Part shown: one piece after another, positions 1 through 10,000 of the stretch | Numbering within the stretch: the stretch's first letter is position 1 | Layout of the letters: each line of letters starts with the position of its first letter | DNA from: an uncultured Gemmatimonadales bacterium | GTDB taxonomy: Bacteria > Gemmatimonadota > Gemmatimonadetes > Longimicrobiales > RSA9 | DNA length: 64,000 bases | Direction of reading: 5' to 3' | NCBI GenBank assembly: GCA_963798085.1 | Contig: CAWCRS010000005.1 | Location: 192,001-256,000, forward strand | Translations under genes and position numbers: made by a program | The notes under the pieces: generated by a model | Told to the model about the DNA's origin: nothing | Seen by the model: the letters and a program-made list of their open reading frames with translations, nothing else | The model's database searches: none

Positions 1-66
1 TAGCTCAGCTGGGAGAGCGCCTGGATCGCACCCAGGAGGCCAGGGGTTCGAATCCCCTCAGCTCCA
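1..66 (+). tRNA. tRNA-Ala(CGC), 5' end cut by window edge
   Basis: D-arm TAGCTCAGCTGGGAGAGC, anticodon arm CCTGG-AT-CGC-AC-CCAGG, T-loop GTTCGAATC, ends in CCA. Confidence 0.93.
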
Positions 67-87
67 TTCGGTCGACAGGGTCACAGT

Positions 88-433
88 AAAGGCCCGCCGC
101 CTCCGGGCGTCGGGCTCGCGCGGCAGGATATTCACTGTCCTGCGCTGCAATCGCGCTTGTTCGTGAAAGGCCCGCCGCCTCCGGGCGTCGGGCTCGCGCG
201 GCAGGATATTCACTGTCCTGCGCTGCAATCGCGCTTGTTCGTGAAAGGCCCGCCGCCTCCGGGCGTCGGGCTCGCGCGGCAGGATACTCACTGTCTTGCG
301 CTGCAATCGCGCTTGTTCGTGAAAGGCCCGCCGCCTCCGGGCGTCGGGCTCGCGCAGCAGGATATTCACTGTCCTGCGCTGCAATCGCGCTTGTTCGTGA
401 AAGGCCCGCCGCCTCCGGGCGTCGGGCTCGCGC
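88..433. repeat. 78-bp tandem repeat, 4 full copies plus a partial fifth
   Basis: Unit AAAGGCCCGCCGCCTCCGGGCGTCGGGCTCGCGCGGCAGGATATTCACTGTCCTGCGCTGCAATCGCGCTTGTTCGTG starts at 88, 166, 244, 322, 400; three substitutions seen among copies. Confidence 0.97.
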
Positions 434-449
434 CGGGAAAGGCGCGATG

Positions 450-521
450 GCCACCGTAGCTCAGGGGTAGAGCTCTCGATTCGTAATCGAGCGGTCGTCG
501 GTTCAAATCCGACCGGTGGCT
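450..521 (+). tRNA. tRNA-Thr(CGT)
   Basis: Acceptor GCCACCG/CGGTGGC, anticodon arm CTCGA-TT-CGT-AA-TCGAG, GTTCAAATC. Confidence 0.95.
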
Positions 522-573
522 CTGTATCGGCCGCCGCTGCGGCGCGTGGCTGGCGTGCGTGCCGGGCGGCTAC

Positions 574-646
574 GCGGGAGTAGCTCAGTTGGTAGAGCAT
601 CAGCTTCCCAAGCTGAGGGTCGCGGGTTCGAGCCCCGTCTCCCGCT
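574..646 (+). tRNA. tRNA-Gly(CCC)
   Basis: GCGGGAG/CTCCCGC acceptor, TCAGC-TT-CCC-AA-GCTGA, GTTCGAGCC. Confidence 0.95.
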
Positions 647-684
647 TGGCGGCTGCGCCGGAAGCGCGGGCCGCCGGCAGCACC

Positions 685-757
685 TGCCCCTTGGTGTAAC
701 TGGCAACACGCCTGACTCTGGATCAGGAAAGTCCTGGTTCGAACCCAGGAGGGGCAA
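685..757 (+). tRNA. tRNA-Gln(CTG)
   Basis: TGCCCCT/AGGGGCA acceptor, CCTGA-CT-CTG-GA-TCAGG, GTTCGAACC. Confidence 0.95.
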
Positions 758-792
758 TACCGCAGTCCGGTGTGCGGAAGAGGCACGGGCGA

Positions 793-878
793 GGAGAGGT
801 AGCCAAGTGGTTACGGCAACGGTTTGCTAAACCGTCGGGCTCGCAAGGCTCGCGTGGGTTCGAATCCCACCCTCTCCG
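793..878 (+). tRNA. tRNA-Ser(GCT)
   Basis: GGAGAGG/CCTCTCC acceptor, ACGGT-TT-GCT-AA-ACCGT, long variable arm, discriminator G. Confidence 0.93.
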
Positions 879-991
879 TTAACACCATGTTGGGCGCGTC
901 AGGGAGGCCGGAACTCGCGGGCGCCGGACGTCCGGGCGCCACGATCCAGCGCCAGCGTGCCCGCGCTGCACAGCCGCATGCGGCGTACACG

Positions 992-1077
992 GGACGGGTG
1001 TCCGAGAGGCTTAAGGAGCACGATTGGAAATCGTGTGGGGTCAAAAGCCCTCGTGGGTTCGAATCCCACCCCGTCCG
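992..1077 (+). tRNA. tRNA-Ser(GGA)
   Basis: GGACGGG/CCCGTCC acceptor, CACGA-TT-GGA-AA-TCGTG, long variable arm. Confidence 0.94.
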
Positions 1078-1107
1078 TAACCGCCGTTCGGGACCGATCG
1101 GGAAACT

Positions 1108-1181
1108 CGGGGAGTAGCTCAGCCCGGTAGAGCACTGCGTTCGGGACGCAGGGGTCGCTGGTTCAAATCCAGTCTCCCCGA
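1108..1181 (+). tRNA. tRNA-Pro(CGG)
   Basis: CGGGGAG/CTCCCCG acceptor, CTGCG-TT-CGG-GA-CGCAG, GTTCAAATC. Confidence 0.95.
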
Positions 1182-1215
1182 CTGGTTCGTGTAACACATC
1201 GTTAGGAAGCAGTCC

Positions 1216-1299
1216 GGAGGCGTAGTCCTAACTGGTAAGGCACCGCACTCGAAATGCGGCGGGTGTAAGCCCATGGGGGTTCGAATCCCTCCGCCTCCG
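1216..1299 (+). tRNA. tRNA-Ser(CGA)
   Basis: GGAGGCG/CGCCTCC acceptor, CCGCA-CT-CGA-AA-TGCGG, long variable arm. Confidence 0.92.
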
Positions 1300-1328
1300 C
1301 TCAGGAACCAACAACGAGTTGGACGATC

Positions 1329-1367
1329 AGGCCGGCGAGGCTCACGCAAGCCACGCCGGCCTTTTTT
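1329..1367 (+). terminator. Intrinsic terminator of the tRNA cluster
   Basis: AGGCCGGCG...CGCCGGCCT hairpin followed by a T-tract. Confidence 0.85.
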
Positions 1368-1655
1368 GTCCTGTTGTGTCGAAACCGGTGTTGTCGATGT
1401 CAGTTCCCCCTGGAAGAACACGCTGCCTCAGCGCAGGCACGCCATGGCCATGACACCCTCCGCGGTGAACCCAGGACCCGTCGCGCTGGCTGATGCTATG
1501 CCATTCCGTCCGCGAGGCCGGCGAGCGCCGACGCTGGCCAACCTGCGTGTCCGCGTCGCGTGACGGCTGCAGCGCGCCTGTCTGTGGATGGCGCGGCAGC
1601 CAGCCGTGTGCGGCCTTCCGCGCCCTGGGCGTTCCGCATCCGGTCCAGGGCGTTC

Positions 1656-1685
1656 TTGCGGGTTATTACATAAGCCGCTTATATT
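1656..1685 (+). promoter_or_regulatory. Putative sigma70 promoter with overlapping inverted repeat (candidate PadR operator)
   Basis: TTGCGG-N18-TATATT; ATAAG-CCG-CTTAT at 1670-1682; AT-rich patch upstream of padR. Confidence 0.4.
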
Positions 1686-1757
1686 AGCGGCTCAGGGAAG
1701 GGCGGATACACACACGCACCCACAACGCGACACACCCATCGGAACGCGGACGCGAGC

Positions 1758-2102
1758 ATGACGGCCATCGAATCGGGAACACTGTACGGCACACTCAATC
1801 TGCTGCTGCTGCGGACGCTCGAGGAGGGCGAGCTGCACGGGCTGGACATCCGGCGCCGCATCGAGGGAGCGGCCGGGGCCACGTTCCGCGTGGAAGAAGG
1901 TGCACTCTATCCAGCACTGCACCGGCTGGAGCGGGATGGCCTCGTGTCCTCACGCTGGGGCACATCGGAGCGGCAGCGGCGCGCCAAGTTCTACCAGCTG
2001 ACGGCGGCGGGCCGCAAGCGGTTGAAGCGGGAGCTGGCGGGTTGGAAAGCGCACGTGCGCGCGGTGGCCCGGGTCATCCTGGATCCAGGCGAGGCGCTGT
2101 GA
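1758..2102 (+). CDS. PadR-family transcriptional regulator (ADOP-associated type)
   Basis: GTLNLLLLRTL...HGLDI...EEGALYPALHRLE...RRAKFYQLTAAGRKRL. Confidence 0.93.
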   Translation: MTAIESGTLYGTLNLLLLRTLEEGELHGLDIRRRIEGAAGATFRVEEGALYPALHRLERDGLVSSRWGTSERQRRAKFYQLTAAGRKRLKRELAGWKAHVRAVARVILDPGEAL

Positions 2103-4735
2103 AGCCGCGGCCGGCGTCGGGAGGGGCCGAGGATACGCGCGACGCGCGCGCCATCGAGGAAGAGCTGCGCTTTCACGTGGAAGGCCGCGTCGAGGAATTG
2201 ATGGCCCAGGGTCTGTCGCCGGAGGAAGCGCGGCGTCGCGCGCTGGTGGCGTTCGGCGACGTAGCGCGCGTGCGTGCCGAGTTGCGTGACATCAACGTCG
2301 AGCGACGGCGGCGCGAGCAGCGGCGGCACTGGCTCACGGGCTGGGCGCGCAATGTGCGCACGGGCGCGCGCCGGCTGCGCCAAACACTGGGTTATACGAC
2401 CGTCGCCGTGCTCACGCTGGCGCTGGGGATCGGCGCTTCCGTGGCCATGTTCACGGTGCTCAACGCGGTGGTGCTGCGGCCGCTGCCGTGGGCCGGGTCG
2501 GACCGGCTGGTGCGCATCTGGCCGGTCATGAACTTCAACGTGTCGCTCACCCGCCTGGTTTCGGCGGACCTGCCGCTGGATGCGGCAACTGGGATCGCGC
2601 GCTGGGGGCTGACGCTCACGGGCGATGGCGAGCCGGTAGTGCTGCAGGCGGCGGTCGTGGATGCCGGGTATTTCGACGTGTTCCGCGTGCGGCCCGAACT
2701 GGGCCGCGTGTTCGGGGCCAATGAAACCATGCCGTCGCGCTCCGACGTGGTGCTGCTGAGTCATGCTCTGTGGCGCAGCAGGTATGGCGGCGATCCCGGC
2801 GTGATCGGCCGCCGCATACAGCTCGCTGGCTACAACTCGCACAACACGCGTGTCATCATCGGTGTGCTGCCGGCAGGTCACGAGCCGCCCGGCGAGGATG
2901 CGGACGTCTGGATTCCGCTCGATCTCGCGCCGGGCACCGGGTTCCGGGCGGATGCTTCGTGGTACGTGAATGCCGTGGTGGCCAGGCTGGCGCCGGGTGC
3001 GACCGCGCTCAGTGCGGAAACCCGGCTGCGCGCCGTGACTGCCCGTCTCAAGCGCGAGTATCCCGGACTGATCTCGGACCGCGCCGTGGCCGCGGCCACG
3101 GTTCAGGGTCTGCTCAATGCGGAGGTGGGCGACGTGCGACCCCTGCTCTGGACGCTGCTGGCGGCCGTTGCGCTGGTGCTGCTGATCGCGTGCGGCAATC
3201 TCGCAAACCTGATGTTAGCGCGCAGCGCAGGCCGGCGCCGTCTGCTGGCCGTGCAGGCAGCGCTGGGGGCGAGCCGCTGGCGGCTGGTGCGGGAACAGCT
3301 CCTGGAGAGCAGCCTGGTGGCGTCGCTGGGCGGAGCCCTGGGCTGCGCTCTCGCCGGGCTGCTGCTGCAGGCGGTGCGCGTGGTGGAGACGTCCGGGCTG
3401 CCGCGCGCCACCAACCTTGCCATGGACTGGCGGGTGCTGCTCTTCGCACTGGGTGTGACGGTGACGGCGCTGTTGCTCGCCGGCGTGCTGCCCGCACTGC
3501 GCGCGACGTCGTGGGCGGCGGGCGAGGATTTTAGTGGCGCGCGGGGCGGCAGTCGCAGCCGGGCCGCACATCGCCTGAACCGTACGCTGCTGGCGCTGCA
3601 GCTCGGTATGGCGACAATGCTCTGTACCGCGGCGGCACTGGTCCTGAGCAGTTTCCTGGAACTGCGCGCAGTGGATACCGGGATCGACGCGCATGATGTG
3701 CTTGAGGCCAGGGTCGAGCCGCCCGCCGATCGCTTCACGGAAGACATGATCGCACAATACTACGTCGATCTGCTTGCCCGCATCCGCGCCATTCCCGGCG
3801 TGCGCGCGGCCGGCGCCAGCCAGCTGCTCCTTTTCACAGCCAACAACTGGACCTTCCCGTACCTGGCGGAGGGACACACACCCAAGGGGGATCAGCCGCT
3901 GCCGCACGCCGACTTCCGCATCATAACACCGGGTTATTTCGATGCACTGGACCAGCCGTTGCTGGCGGGGCGGGTGTTCAACGAAGGTGACCGCGATGGC
4001 GCACCCACGGCAATGGTGATCAATCAGGCCATGGCGCAGCTGCTCTGGCCCGGTCAGGATCCGCTGGGTCGTGAGATCAAGGTGTTCGGCAACCAGTCGC
4101 ACCATGTGGTGGGCGTGGTGGGTGACACGCGGCAGCACGAGCTGGAGCACGCGCCCCTGCCCGAGATGTATGTGGCCATGGCGCAGTGGAAACACGCGGG
4201 GGGCATGAACCTGATCGTGGAGGGGACGCGGCCGGAGGCGCTGGCCGGACCGGTGCGGCGGGCAATTCGGGCACTGTCCACCGACGTACCCATCACGGAA
4301 ATGAAGCCGCTGACGGACGTGCTCGAGGAATCGCTCGCGCGGCGGCATTTCGTGCTGCTGGTGGTCACCAGCTTCGGTGTGCTGGCGCTGGTACTCGGCG
4401 GTCTGGGTGTGTACGGCGTGATGTCGCATGTGATCGCGACCCGCATGCCGGATTTCGGGGTGCGACTGGCGCTGGGCGCGCGCCCGCGCAACGTGCTCGG
4501 TCAGGGACTGCGCTCCGGACTGATGCCGGCCCTGCCCGGGCTGGCGGGCGGACTCGTCGGGAATGTGGCCGCGGCCGGCCTGGTGCGACGCCTGCTCTTC
4601 CAGATACCGGCGATCGATCCGCGCGCGTATATCCTGGTCAGCAGTGTGCTGCTCGCCGTGGTGCTGCTGGCGAGCTGGCTGCCTGCTCGCCGTGCGGCGC
4701 GCACGGATCCGCTGCGCGTGCTGCGCGCCGACTAG
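2099..4735 (+). CDS. ADOP-type duplicated ABC permease (MacB/FtsX domains)
   Basis: IEEELRFH prefix domain, LTLALGIGA, LLIACGNLANL, RLALGA, PARRAARTDP; GTG start overlaps padR stop. Confidence 0.92.
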   Translation: MKPRPASGGAEDTRDARAIEEELRFHVEGRVEELMAQGLSPEEARRRALVAFGDVARVRAELRDINVERRRREQRRHWLTGWARNVRTGARRLRQTLGYTTVAVLTLALGIGASVAMFTVLNAVVLRPLPWAGSDRLVRIWPVMNFNVSLTRLVSADLPLDAATGIARWGLTLTGDGEPVVLQAAVVDAGYFDVFRVRPELGRVFGANETMPSRSDVVLLSHALWRSRYGGDPGVIGRRIQLAGYNSHNTRVIIGVLPAGHEPPGEDADVWIPLDLAPGTGFRADASWYVNAVVARLAPGATALSAETRLRAVTARLKREYPGLISDRAVAAATVQGLLNAEVGDVRPLLWTLLAAVALVLLIACGNLANLMLARSAGRRRLLAVQAALGASRWRLVREQLLESSLVASLGGALGCALAGLLLQAVRVVETSGLPRATNLAMDWRVLLFALGVTVTALLLAGVLPALRATSWAAGEDFSGARGGSRSRAAHRLNRTLLALQLGMATMLCTAAALVLSSFLELRAVDTGIDAHDVLEARVEPPADRFTEDMIAQYYVDLLARIRAIPGVRAAGASQLLLFTANNWTFPYLAEGHTPKGDQPLPHADFRIITPGYFDALDQPLLAGRVFNEGDRDGAPTAMVINQAMAQLLWPGQDPLGREIKVFGNQSHHVVGVVGDTRQHELEHAPLPEMYVAMAQWKHAGGMNLIVEGTRPEALAGPVRRAIRALSTDVPITEMKPLTDVLEESLARRHFVLLVVTSFGVLALVLGGLGVYGVMSHVIATRMPDFGVRLALGARPRNVLGQGLRSGLMPALPGLAGGLVGNVAAAGLVRRLLFQIPAIDPRAYILVSSVLLAVVLLASWLPARRAARTDPLRVLRAD

Positions 4736-4850
4736 GGCACAGACTGCTGCTGCACGGGGGCCCCGGCCACTCGCATGTGACCGGGGCTCCGTTGTCAGCC
4801 GCTGGGGGCGCTCCGACCGGGTCGAGATCGGAAAGCCTGGCCTGGGGCGG

Positions 4851-5948
4851 TCAGCTGCCGCCCTGGGTGTCGAAGTAGTCCGGACCGCCGCAGACCAGCG
4901 TGTGCGACAGTGTGTGCTGATACTGACCGCGCGACACGGTCACGGTAAATGTCGTGTTATACGGTCCCGGCGTGGTTCCCGGATCAATGTCATAGATGCC
5001 TTCGAGCAGATCGTCCCAGTCCGCTGCCGACAGCGACGTGGCCGACGTCTGCCCGTTCAGCCCCCACTTCTTCTTCTGCGCGTCGTACGTCATCCAGCTC
5101 AGCGTGCGGGTGCCGCTCACGAATGTCCACGGCCCGTGATCCGGCGAATTGAGCCACAGCTGCGCGTCGTGGCAGATCACCTGCTTCTTCGGCTGACGCA
5201 CGCCCACGATCTGGCTGACGCCGTCCAGCGAAGGCGCGGGCGGCGGCGGCGAGGCCAGGTGGCAGAGCAGCGTGTGCTGCACCGACGCCTGAGTGTCGCC
5301 GCGCTTCAGGTTGGCCGTGAACGTCGCCTTGTATTCGAGATTCCCGTACGACGGGTAAAGTGCGACAGTCCCGTTCAGCAGCGCGTTCCACACGGTCGCG
5401 CCCAGGCCGACTGTGGCGTTGATGCCATTGGGCACCCATGTCCCGGTGTTGGCGTCGTACACCACGAACTGGTACTGGATGGTGCCGTTGGCGAAGTCCC
5501 AGGTGCCGCCATCGGGTGACGTGAGCCGCAGCTTGAAGCCCTCACAGACGATCTGGTTGATGGGCGAGGTCTTCCGGCCCAGCAGGTCGGTCGGTCCGTC
5601 CAGCGAGGGGGGCGGAGGCGGCAGCACCACCGGTGGCTTGATAACAGGCGGTTCCGTGATCGGCCGCAGCTGGATCGGCGCCTTCAGCACCGGCAGGTAG
5701 ATGGTCGGCTTCGGGTAAATGCCCGCCGGCATCCAGAAGAAGTTGTGCTGCGCGATCTGCTGCGTGTAGATCGGATTTACCGGACAGGGGAAATCGGGGC
5801 AGCCGTACTCGTACAGTGTGCCATCGATCGTCTGCTGCACGGTGTACTGCGTTGTCGGCACCAGTGCGGAAGCCTGTGGCTCCGTCGGATACGACACATC
5901 GGTTCCACAGGCAGCGAGCAACAACACCAACGGCAGAAGTCTGCGCAT
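4851..5948 (-). CDS. Hypothetical lipoprotein with Pro-rich linker and two tandem ~120-aa domains
   Basis: MRRLLPLVLLLAAC lipobox; two repeats starting PSLDG and ending HTL(L/V)C. Confidence 0.8.
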   Translation of the reverse strand: MRRLLPLVLLLAACGTDVSYPTEPQASALVPTTQYTVQQTIDGTLYEYGCPDFPCPVNPIYTQQIAQHNFFWMPAGIYPKPTIYLPVLKAPIQLRPITEPPVIKPPVVLPPPPPSLDGPTDLLGRKTSPINQIVCEGFKLRLTSPDGGTWDFANGTIQYQFVVYDANTGTWVPNGINATVGLGATVWNALLNGTVALYPSYGNLEYKATFTANLKRGDTQASVQHTLLCHLASPPPPAPSLDGVSQIVGVRQPKKQVICHDAQLWLNSPDHGPWTFVSGTRTLSWMTYDAQKKKWGLNGQTSATSLSAADWDDLLEGIYDIDPGTTPGPYNTTFTVTVSRGQYQHTLSHTLVCGGPDYFDTQGGS

Positions 5949-6542
5949 CTCGTCCTCCGGGGAGGCGGGGGCCGAGAACGCGGACCCCACGCCGGGCCAC
6001 GCGATCGCGAGCGTTTACCGAAGTGCCGAACGCCCGTCGTCGCAACAGTGAGGACCGCATCGGGCAATTCGGAGGCCGCATCGAAATCGGCAGTCGCCCA
6101 CCAGGCCGCATCAGCCCCCGCGTCCCTGCGGATCCTCGCTCCTCCCTGATGCAGAGACGCAGCCGACTTCGATAGACACTGTGTAACCTATTGGCTGACA
6201 GCCACTTGAGGTTGTGGATGACGACGCCGATCCGGCTCTTCTCCTGTCGAGGTCAACCCACAACTGAAGCCAGGGCGCAACCGGGTCCCGTGCCGGCGCG
6301 TCGTTCGGGTGTCACATTTCGATGCGCCGCGCGCAGTTATCCTTGCAGCAGATTAGCAGCGCGGGTCGCGGGCAGGATGTCACGTACGCATGCGGCGGAA
6401 CTGCATTTGGCGCGTTCCTGCGGGGCGCGCCTACTGTGAGCCAGTGCGTGCGGGGCATGCGATCGGCGCCGTGCGCCAGCGCACACCAACACATCTGAAA
6501 CAGCGGCGCTGCCAGGTGTGGCCGCGGCCGGGGGAGGCGAGC

Positions 6543-6986
6543 ATGCTCAAGGAGTTCCGGGAATTTGCGCTGAAGGGAAACGTGCTGGACATCGCCGTCG
6601 GGATCATCATCGGCGCAGCATTCGGCAGCATCGTCACGTCGCTCGTGAACGACGTCATCATGCCGCCCATTGGCCTGGTGGCGGGTGGCGTCGACTTCTC
6701 GGACAAGTTCCTGCTGCTCAAGGAGGGGACGGCGCCCGGGCCGTATGCGACACTGGCAGCTGCGAAGGGAGCGGGCGCCGTGACGGTGAACTGGGGCGTC
6801 TTCATCAATTCGGTGATTTCGTTCCTGATCGTCGCCTTTGCGGTGTTCATGGTGGTGCGCAGCTTCAACCGGCTGCGGACGCAGTTCGACCGGCAGAAGG
6901 CAGCTGAACCGGGTCCGCCGCCGGCGCCGCCTCGCGAGGAAGTGCTGTTGACCGAGATCCGCGATCTCCTGAAGGCTCGGTCCTGA
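6543..6986 (+). CDS. mscL: Large-conductance mechanosensitive channel
   Basis: [56 protein letters not shown]. Confidence 0.97.
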   Translation: MLKEFREFALKGNVLDIAVGIIIGAAFGSIVTSLVNDVIMPPIGLVAGGVDFSDKFLLLKEGTAPGPYATLAAAKGAGAVTVNWGVFINSVISFLIVAFAVFMVVRSFNRLRTQFDRQKAAEPGPPPAPPREEVLLTEIRDLLKARS

Positions 6987-7068
6987 TCGGCGCGGGCGGC
7001 TGCGGCTGGGCCAGGGCGATCCCGCGTGTGCGCCCCGGGCTCGCGCGCTGCGCGCGCTCACGCGTGGC

Positions 7069-10000
7069 TTGAGCGCGCCGCCCGCGAGGCCGATGCTTGG
7101 ATTCAGTGACGCCACACAGCTTCGGCTTCTCACGGGGCAAGTCCGTTTGCGAAAGACGATCGTATTGCTGGCGGCGGCGATGGCGGGCTGGGCGGTGCCC
7201 GTTGTCGGCTCGTTCGTGGCTGGGCCTGCACCGGCCTGGCTGCCGGCGGCGCTGTGGGGCGCTTCCCTGCTCCCGGCCGTCCTCGCCGGCCGGCGCTGGC
7301 GCGCGGGCGGCGCGCTGGGCGCCAGCGCAATCAGTGTCGGCCTGGCCGCCGCTGTGTATATCGGCGCGCCCGGGCTGGGCCTCACACCCGGCGCGCTGCC
7401 CATCCCTCCGGCCCGCGCCATCGCAATGCTGGCAGCCGCCTCCCTCATCGCGGGCATGGTGTCGGCCATCACACTGGGCCGGCGCCGGGGCTCACGCATC
7501 CATGCGCTGACCGATGCCGTGACCGGGTTGCCCAACCGGCGCCACGCCGAGCTGTTCCTGGAGCACGAATTCGCGGTCGCCGAGCTGGGCACGCCCTTCG
7601 CCATGATGATGCTGGATGTGGACGGCTTCCGCACGCTGACGGCGGCGCACGGCGAAGCAGCCGCTAACGGCATATTACGGGCGCTGGGCGGGATTCTGCG
7701 CCAGAACACGCGCAGCGCCAACCTGAGCGCGCACTGGGAGCGGGACCGCTTCGTCTGCCTCTTGAGCGGCGCGCTGGACCGGGGTGCGTTCATCTACGCG
7801 CGGCGCCTGCAGGAGCAGATTCGAGCGTCCGGCAACGTGGCGGCCATGCCTTCGGTCAGCATCGGGATCGCCTGCTACGACGGCGAGATGCGTGCACCCG
7901 TGCACCTGGTGCGGGCCGCCGAACGGGCGCTGCAGCAGGCCAAGCGGGAGGGTGGCGACCGCATCCGCTTTCATGGTCGTTCGCCCGACGACATGGAGCG
8001 GGCGCTGGGCGATGAAGGGCCGGGCGCGGGCGGACCCCGCGTGGAGGCGGAAGCCGACGACGCACCGGCGGGCACGCCGCGCAGCGCGTTCGTGTTCAGC
8101 CCGGACCACGCGCTGCGCCGTCGTCTGACCGACCATCTGGAACGGCGCGGCATGCGCGTCACCGAAGTCACGCGCGCCACCGAAGGCATCCGTCCGCTGA
8201 GCAGCGAATTCGACATCGTGGTGGTGGACCTGACGCGGGATGACCCGGGCGTTCGCGACCTGGTGCGCGAGGTGCGCCGTCGCTATCCCACCACGCGCAT
8301 TATTGGCATCCCCGGCGTGAAGGGCCAGGCCATTGATGCAGCGGCGCTGGCCGTGCCCGTGGATGGGCACCTGCTGCGCAGCAGTGGTAACTGGGTGTTT
8401 CAGCCGGCGCTCGAGGAGCTGCTGCGGGAGCGCGATCACCTGCGCGAGACGGCGCTGCGTGCGCTGCAGCTGTCCGACGAAGTACGGGTGAAGGAGCGCG
8501 AGACGCAGCGCGCAAGGCAGGAAGCCGAGGAGAAGCTGCGTTCTCTGGTGCAGTCCATCCGCGAAGTGCTGTTCCGCATGGATCGCTCGGGCGCCTGGAT
8601 CTCGCTGAGCCCGGCCTGGAGCACCATCACGGGTTACGCGATCGAGGCGTCGCTGGGGCGGCCGTGGCTGGAGTTCTTCCACGAGGATGACCGCGAGGCG
8701 CTGGCGCGCGATTTCGATGCGCTCACGTCCATCGAGCGGCCCTATCTGCGTCGCGAAGTCCGCGTGCGCACGCAGTCCGGTGGCGTGCGCTGGGTGGACG
8801 TGCGCGCGCAGCTGGCGCACGACCGCTTCGGCAACGTGCTCTCCGCGTCGGGGACGCTCACGGACATTACCGAGCGCCGGCGCATGGAAGAGGCACTGCA
8901 CCGCAACGAGGAGTACTTCCGGGCGCTCATCGAGAACGCCGCCGACCTGATTGCCGTACTCGATGCGGATGGTCGCGTGCGCTATGCGAGCCCGGCGGCG
9001 GAGCGCATTCTCGGACTGATGCTGCAGGACAGCACGGCCTCGCCGACGCTCGAGGACCTGGTGCATCCCGATGATCTGCCCGCAGTGCGCGCCGCGTTGC
9101 GCTCGGTGGAGACGCCCGGCGCCGCCTCCACGCTGGAGCTGCGTGCGCGTCACGCCAGCGGTGCGTGGCGCCACCTGGCTGTGTCGGTGCGCAATCTGGC
9201 GCACATCGGCGCGGTGCGCGGGCTGGTGATCAACGCGCACGATGTGACGGAGCGGCGGCAGGCGGAGCTGGCGCTGCGCGAGAGCGAGGAAGCGCTGTTC
9301 CGCGCGCGCAAGATGGATGCGATCGGCATGCTGGCGGGCGGCATTGCGCACGATTTCAACAATCTGCTGACGGCGATCCAGGGACACGTCGAGCTGGCGC
9401 AGGCCGCACTGGCGCCCGACCATCCGATCCGCGCCGACCTGTCGCGCATCCAGGAATCGGCGGCGCGTGCGGGCTCGCTCACCCGCCAGCTGCTGGCGTT
9501 CGGGCGCCGCCAGGTCATGCGCCCGAAGGTGCTGGAGCTGAACGTCTTCCTTTCCGACATGCAGAAGATGATGGTGCGCATGGTGGGCGAGCAGATCCAG
9601 CTGCGCACCGAGCTGGCGGCATCACCGGATCGCGTGCTGGCAGATCCCATGCAGCTGGAGCGCGCGCTGCTCAATCTGGCGGTCAACGCGCGGGACGCCA
9701 TGCTGCACGGCGGCACACTGACCATCCGCACGCGCTGGCTGTACATCGATGAGGAACAGGCGAAGCGGGATGACGTCTCGGCCGGCCCCTATGTCGAGGT
9801 GGCGGTCACGGACACGGGCCATGGTATTGCCGCCGACATCCTGCCGCACGTGTTCGATCCCTTCTTCAGCACCAAGCCGCTGGCCGTGGGCGTGGGTCTG
9901 GGGCTCTCCACCGTGTATGGCATCATCCGCCAAACAGGCGGTTATGTGCACGTGGAGAGTGTGGCCGGCGACGACGTGGTAGAGACTACCGGCACCACCT

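Noticed and set aside
88..433. Tandem array as a CRISPR array
   Set aside because: Units are identical end to end with no unique spacers, and there are no cas genes in the window.
5..1421. ORFs over the tRNA cluster, including the repeat-peptide ORFs 5-454, 58-786 and 157-459
   Set aside because: They overlap clear tRNA genes; the peptide repeats arise only because 78 is a multiple of 3.
1368..1750. Integrase or att site downstream of the tRNA cluster (also checked after tRNA-Pro at 24969)
   Set aside because: No recombinase motifs, and I saw no repeated tRNA 3' end elsewhere in the window.
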